From assembly GCA_963843975.1 (NCBI GenBank), contig CAWJMG010000003.1, forward strand, positions 1,050,001 through 1,082,000: a stretch of DNA of 32,000 bases, in the 5' to 3' direction. The translations under genes and the position numbers were made by a program. The stretch is from an uncultured Actinomycetes bacterium. Its GTDB lineage: Bacteria; Actinomycetota; Actinomycetes; S36-B12; CAIYMF01. The first letter of the stretch is position 1. Each line of letters opens with the position of its first letter. Of this stretch, positions 26,169-32,000 are shown in pieces. The notes under the pieces are model-generated. The model did no database searches, was not told where the DNA came from, and saw only the letters and a program-made list of their open reading frames with translations.

Positions 26169-27366
26169 ATGACCGCGATCGTCGAGTTCGACCCGACGGG
26201 CGTCGAGGCAATCAAGGGCGCGCTCAGCTCTGACGCGCTCGTCCTTCCGAGCCTCGACGTCCTCAGGGCGCACCTCGACACGAACCCGTTCGAGGACTGC
26301 ATCGTCCTGGGGCCGAGCGTCGACCAGCAGGACGTCTTCGCCCTGGCGGAGACGCTGCGGGTCAGCCGGCCGAGCCTGGGCGTCGTGATGGTGCGCCGCC
26401 GCATCGACACCGCGATCCTGTCCGACGCCCTGCGCGCCGGCGTGCGCGAGGTCGTGCAGGAGCGCGACCTCGCCGGCCTCGCGGGGGCCGTACGCCGTCA
26501 GCGCGACATCGCGGGCCGCCTGCGCGAGCAGATGGAGCGCGGCGACGACTACGTCGACCAGCAGGCGCGCGGCCGTGTCGTCACCGTGTTCTCGGCGAAG
26601 GGCGGCTGCGGCAAGACCACGCTGGCCACCAACATCGCCACCTCGATCGCCATCAGCGGCAAGGGTACGGTCGCCCTGCTCGACCTCGACCTCGCCTTCG
26701 GCGATGTCGCGATCGCGCTGCAGCTCTTCCCCACGCACACGATCGGCGACGCGGTCGCGATCGGCGAGGAGCTCGACGGTGAGGCCGTCCGCTCGCTGAT
26801 GACGCCGCACCGCCAGCGGTGTCCAGGCGCTCGTCGCCCCGATGGAGCCGAGCACCGCCGACACCATCAGCGTGGGCCTCGTGACGCGGGTGATCGACGT
26901 CCTGCGCACGGAGTTCGACTACGTCGTCATCGACACCCCGCCCGCCCTCGACGACAACGTGCTGGCTGCCTTCGACCGGAGCGACATGGTCGCCCTGCTC
27001 GCCACGCTCGACATCCCGGCGCTCAAGAACCTCAAGCTCACGCTCGAGACGCTCGACCTCATCGGGTACTCGCGCGAGAAGCTGCGCATCGTCCTCAACC
27101 GCGCCGACTCCAAGGTGGGTCTCGCGCTGTCCGAGGTGGAGAAGACGCTCAAGGCGCCGATCGTGGCGCAGATCCCGTCGAGCCGGGACGTCCCGGCCTC
27201 GACCAACCGCGGTGTCGCCATCGTCGTCGACGAGCCGAAGAACCCCGTGAGCCTCGCCATCAAGGCCTTCGTCGACGAGCACGTGCTGGTGGCCCCGAGC
27301 AGCGATGACGCGATCCCCGCCCAGATGCGAGCAGACAGGCGCTCCGGGCGTCTGTGGAGGAGGTAG
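26169..27366 (+). pseudogene. tadZ: TadZ/CpaE-type ParA/MinD-like ATPase with N-terminal receiver-like domain; one extra base near 26811-26814
   Basis: Frame A runs to ...VVTVFSAKGGCGKTTLATNIA...ALLDLDLAFGDVA...RSLMTPH(R). The sequence then continues SGVQALVAPMEPSTAD...YVVIDTPPALDD...IVLNRAD...IPSSRDVPAS in the frame of ORF 26842..27366. Frame B has a TGA at 26800-26802, so the shift must lie between 26803 and 26815. Confidence 0.85.
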
Positions 27367-27368
27367 CA

Positions 27369-28751
<1,383 letters not shown>

Positions 28752-28754
28752 TCC

Positions 28755-30728
28755 ATGCGTGGTGGTTCAACTCGTCGGCGCCTGGCGCGCGCGGCCGCAG
28801 CGGCGGTCGCGCTGCTGGCGGCCGTCACTGTCGCCGGTCCGGCGTCGGCGACGACCACCCCGGTCACCGGACGCATCGACGGCTTCAGCCCGAACCCCGA
28901 CGGCACGCTGACGATCGGCTTCTCCGCGCTCGGTCTCCCCGCGGGCCAGACGCTCGACCCGAACTCGGTCAAGGTCACGATCGGCGGCTCGGACGTCGAC
29001 TCCCAGGCGATCCCGGCCTCGCAGGCCACCGCGCTGCCCAAGCGGGTCACCGTCCTGACCATCGACACCAGCGGCAGCATGGCGGCGCAGGGGTTCGCCG
29101 AGCCGGCGAAGGCCGCTGCTCGCGCCTACCTGGCCGGCGTGCCGGCCGACGTCCTGGTGGGGCTCGTCTCGTTCAACTCCACGCCCCGGATCGTCGTGGA
29201 GCCCACCGCCGACCACGCCGCGGTCTCCACGGCGCTCGACACCCTCGAGTTCAAGGGCGGCACCGCACTCTTCGACGCTGTCATCCAGGCCGACCGTCTC
29301 CTCGGCACCGACGGCATCCGCAGTCAGCTCCTGCTCTCGGACGGCAAGGACGTCGACTCCGCCAACACCGAGGCCAAGGCAGTCGCATCGCTGGCGTCCT
29401 CCGGCGTCACGCTGGACGCCGTGGCCCTGGGGCCGCAGGTCGACTCCGCCCAGCTGAACGCTCTCGCAGCGGCGGGCGGCGGCGGCGTCGTCGTGCCGGC
29501 CACGGACACCCAGCAGCTCACGGCCGCGTTCGAGGCCGCGGCGCTCGCGCAGGCAGGTGCTGTCGCCGTGACCGCGCAGGTGCCCGAGGCGATGCGCGGA
29601 ACGTCGGTCAACGTCACGGTCACGGCGGACGCCGGCGGCACGCAGGTCACCGACGACGCGCTCTACGTCCTCCCCGGCGCCGGTGCAGTCCCCTCGGCCG
29701 ACCCGACCGAGGCCTACGGCCCGGTGCCGGTCGCGCCCGCAGACCCTGGCATCTTCGGCAAGAGCTGGCTGCTGCCGGTCGCGCTCGGCGCGCTCGGGGT
29801 CGGCCTGTTCGCCCTGCTCGGTGTCGCGTTCCTCTCGACCGACCGCGACTCGCAGACCTCGGGTCGCCTGCGCCGCCGCCTGTCGCGCTACTCGCTCACA
29901 CCGCGCGCCGAGGAGGAGTCCGGCTCGGGCGTCGCCAGGTCCGCCGTCGAGTTCGCCGGCCGCATGGTCGAGCGACGCGACATCGACGGCGCCCTCGCCC
30001 TCAAGCTGGAGGCCGCCGGCGTGCCGCTGCGTCCCGCGGAGTGGCTGCTGATCCACATCGGCGTCGCCGTGGCGCTCGCCGTCCTCTTCACGCTGCTGTC
30101 GGGCTTCAACATCATCGCCACGTTCATCGGCCTCGTGATCGGGCTGCTCCTGCCCTATGCGTACATCGCGATCAAGGACGAGCGCCGCAAGGCCCGGTTC
30201 GCCGCGCAGCTGCCCGACACCCTGCAACTCCTCTCGGGCTCGCTGGCAGCCGGATACTCGCTGCCGCAGGCGATCGACACCGTGGTCCGCGAGTCCGACG
30301 GCCCGATGGCTGCCGAGCTCAACCGCGCGATCGTCGAGGCCCGCCTCGGCGTCCCGATCGAGGACGCGCTCGACACCGTCGCGCGCCGCATGAACTCGGT
30401 CGACTTCGCCTGGGTCGTCATGGCCATCCGCATCCAGCGGGAGGTGGGCGGCAACCTCGCCGAGGTGCTGAGCAGCGTCGCCGCCACCATGCGCGAGCGC
30501 GAGCGGCTCCGCCGGCAGGTGGACGTGCTCTCCGCCGAGGGTCGCCTCTCGGCCGTCATCCTCACGCTGCTGCCGATCCTGTTCATCGTGTACCTGGTCA
30601 TCGCACGCCCGGAATACCTGAGCGTGCTCTACCAGACGCCGATCGGCCTGCTGATGATCGTGGTCGGCATCATCCTGCTGATCGGTGGCTCGTTCTGGCT
30701 GCGCAAGGTCGTCAAGGTGGAGGTCTGA
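28755..30728 (+). CDS. tadB: Fusion protein: signal peptide + vWA/MIDAS domain + TadB (GspF-family) inner-membrane platform
   Basis: A single uninterrupted 657-codon frame encodes all parts. The signal peptide is RRRLARAAAAAVALLAAVTVAGPASA/TTT. The MIDAS motif VTVLTIDTSGSM falls at aa 104-108 (nt 29064-29078), followed by LVSFNS and LLLSDGKD strands. After an Ala/Pro linker comes the TM WLLPVALGALGVGLFALLGVAFL, then GspF-like LPDTLQLLSGSLAAGYSLPQAI...FAWVVMAIRIQREVGGNLAEVL and the C-terminal TMs. Confidence 0.8.
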   Translation: MRGGSTRRRLARAAAAAVALLAAVTVAGPASATTTPVTGRIDGFSPNPDGTLTIGFSALGLPAGQTLDPNSVKVTIGGSDVDSQAIPASQATALPKRVTVLTIDTSGSMAAQGFAEPAKAAARAYLAGVPADVLVGLVSFNSTPRIVVEPTADHAAVSTALDTLEFKGGTALFDAVIQADRLLGTDGIRSQLLLSDGKDVDSANTEAKAVASLASSGVTLDAVALGPQVDSAQLNALAAAGGGGVVVPATDTQQLTAAFEAAALAQAGAVAVTAQVPEAMRGTSVNVTVTADAGGTQVTDDALYVLPGAGAVPSADPTEAYGPVPVAPADPGIFGKSWLLPVALGALGVGLFALLGVAFLSTDRDSQTSGRLRRRLSRYSLTPRAEEESGSGVARSAVEFAGRMVERRDIDGALALKLEAAGVPLRPAEWLLIHIGVAVALAVLFTLLSGFNIIATFIGLVIGLLLPYAYIAIKDERRKARFAAQLPDTLQLLSGSLAAGYSLPQAIDTVVRESDGPMAAELNRAIVEARLGVPIEDALDTVARRMNSVDFAWVVMAIRIQREVGGNLAEVLSSVAATMRERERLRRQVDVLSAEGRLSAVILTLLPILFIVYLVIARPEYLSVLYQTPIGLLMIVVGIILLIGGSFWLRKVVKVEV

Positions 30729-30729
30729 C

Positions 30730-31659
30730 ATGAGCTCCGTCTTCCTCTGGGCCGGTCTCGCGGCCGTGTTCTTCGGGATCATCGGCGTCTTCTTCGCCTT
30801 CGCCGGCAGGAGCGAGCCGACGGGTGTCGCACGATCGCTCGCGGCGGTCGAGGCCATCAAGGCGGCGCCCGCGGGCATGCGCCAGGACCTCGACCGTCCG
30901 TTCGGCGAGCGCGTCGGCGAGCCGTTCTTCAACTGGCTCACCCGTCTCGGCCGCCGCTTCACCCCGAGCGACCAGACCGCGCGCATGCGTCGCAAGCTCG
31001 ACCTCGCGGGCAACCCGCCCGGGTGGGACAGCGACCGCATCGTGGCGTTCAAGATGCTCGGCCTGATCGTGGGCGGCTCGCTCGGCGTCGTGCTGCCGCT
31101 GCTCGCGGGCAGCGTCCTGTGGGCGATCATCCTCGGCATCGGCCTCGCCGTGCTCGGGTTCTACGCCCCGAACATCATCCTGTACCAGGCTGCGTACAAC
31201 CGGTCCGAGCGCATCCTCAAGGAGCTGCCGGACGCGCTCGACCTCCTGGTCATCTCCGTGGAGTCCGGCCTCGGGTTCGACGCCGCGCTCTCCCAGGTGG
31301 CCCGCAACACCCAGGGCCCGCTCGCGGACGAGTTCTTCCGCGTGCTGCAGGAGATGCAGCTCGGCACCTCGCGCTCGGACTCCATGCGGGCCCTCGCCGA
31401 CCGCACCGACGTCTCGGACCTGCGCGGCTTCATCACCGCGATGGTGCAGGCCGACTCCTTCGGAATCCCGGTCGCGAACGTGCTGCGCATCCAGGCCCGC
31501 GAGATGCGCACCCGACGCTCGCAGCGTGCCGAGGAGTCGGCTCAGAAGGTGCCGGTGAAGATCCTGTTCCCGCTGATCTTCTGCATCCTTCCGGTCCTCT
31601 TCATCGCGATCCTCGGCCCCGCCGTCATCCAGATCGCGAACGCCTTCAGCGGCGTGTAG
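30730..31659 (+). CDS. tadC: TadC (GspF-family) inner-membrane platform protein
   Basis: The ATG lies 1 nt after the tadB stop. The product reads LPDALDLLVISVESGLGFDAALSQVA...RGFITAMVQADSFGIPVANVLRIQAREMR...VKILFPLIFCILPVLFIAILGP. Confidence 0.88.
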   Translation: MSSVFLWAGLAAVFFGIIGVFFAFAGRSEPTGVARSLAAVEAIKAAPAGMRQDLDRPFGERVGEPFFNWLTRLGRRFTPSDQTARMRRKLDLAGNPPGWDSDRIVAFKMLGLIVGGSLGVVLPLLAGSVLWAIILGIGLAVLGFYAPNIILYQAAYNRSERILKELPDALDLLVISVESGLGFDAALSQVARNTQGPLADEFFRVLQEMQLGTSRSDSMRALADRTDVSDLRGFITAMVQADSFGIPVANVLRIQAREMRTRRSQRAEESAQKVPVKILFPLIFCILPVLFIAILGPAVIQIANAFSGV

Positions 31660-31662
31660 CCG

Positions 31663-32000
31663 CTACTCGACGTAGAGCCGGGCGTCGACAAGCTGCTCCT
31701 TCACGAGCTCGCCGCCGCGCTCGTAGCGCGCCTGCTCGAACCGCTTGCGGAACTCGAGGTCGATGCCCGCGAGCCCGCCGCGGTTCTTCTCGATCGAGAG
31801 CACGGCGAACTGGTGGAAGCGCTCGACGTTCGCCGCTCCGTAGACCAGGTGGTGCCGTGCGACGACGTCGTACTTCTCGTTGAGCACGAGGACGACGTCG
31901 GCCTCGTAGGCGAGGCTCGAGGCGCCGCGGAGGTTCTGCGTGCGCAGGCGCTTGCCGTCGCTGATGCCGGCGGCATCGCTCGCCGAGATCGCCATCACCG
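31663..32000 (-). CDS. DnaB-like/RecA-fold ATPase, C-terminal fragment (5' part outside the window)
   Basis: ...NLRGASSLAYEADVVLVLNEKYD...FAVLSIEKNRGGLAGIDLEFRKRFEQARYE resembles the C-terminal end of DnaB-type helicase or KaiC/RadA-like ATPase domains. The gene is convergent with tadC; the two stops are 3 nt apart. Confidence 0.5.
   Translation of the reverse strand, partial: VMAISASDAAGISDGKRLRTQNLRGASSLAYEADVVLVLNEKYDVVARHHLVYGAANVERFHQFAVLSIEKNRGGLAGIDLEFRKRFEQARYERGGELVKEQLVDARLYVE

Noticed and set aside
28755-30728. The possibility that the vWA-TadB fusion is an artefact of the same indel problem seen elsewhere, that is, two genes merged.
   Set aside because: This is not fully excluded, but it is unlikely. 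The whole 657-codon product stays in one frame with sensible sequence throughout. No remnant start/SD or stop can be seen at the junction (about 29700-29800), and the membrane topology of the fusion is coherent. It is kept as a finding with read-level verification requested.

Overview
This is a densely coding, high-GC actinobacterial chromosomal segment whose gene content looks Micrococcales-like; the species cannot be named from sequence alone. I can support 31 protein-coding genes. There is no rRNA, tRNA, CRISPR array, transposase or integrase. The left half (1-13.7 kb) is housekeeping: an MMPL transporter (partial), a YqeY-like protein, a MarR regulator with a coupled membrane protein, an Ada-AlkA/Ogt alkylation-repair pair, a GT-C-like membrane protein, class II DAHP synthase, PfkA, GlpK, a PlsC-type acyltransferase and an alpha/beta hydrolase. 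The middle (13.7-25.1 kb) carries a detached tadE/tadG-like pseudopilin pair and a translationally coupled block of SRPBCC protein, ArsA/Get3-like ATPase, CxCPxC protein and ROK glucokinase. It also holds a metallophosphoesterase, a tail-anchored zinc-ribbon protein, an acyl-CoA synthetase and an ABC transporter pair. The right part (25.4-31.7 kb) is a Tad/Flp pilus export locus: cpaB, tadZ, tadA, tadB and tadC. Its TadB platform protein carries an N-terminal signal peptide and a vWA/MIDAS domain, which I consider the most unusual architecture here. No Flp pilin, prepilin peptidase or secretin gene is visible in the window. A second striking property is nine reading-frame disruptions in otherwise well-conserved genes, eight of them in the first 13 kb. 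Eight of the nine are equivalent to one extra base, which points to assembly indels rather than real pseudogenes. Many long Arg/Pro/Gly-rich ORFs in the six-frame track are high-GC artefacts. All calls rest on reading translated motifs by eye; no database search was possible.
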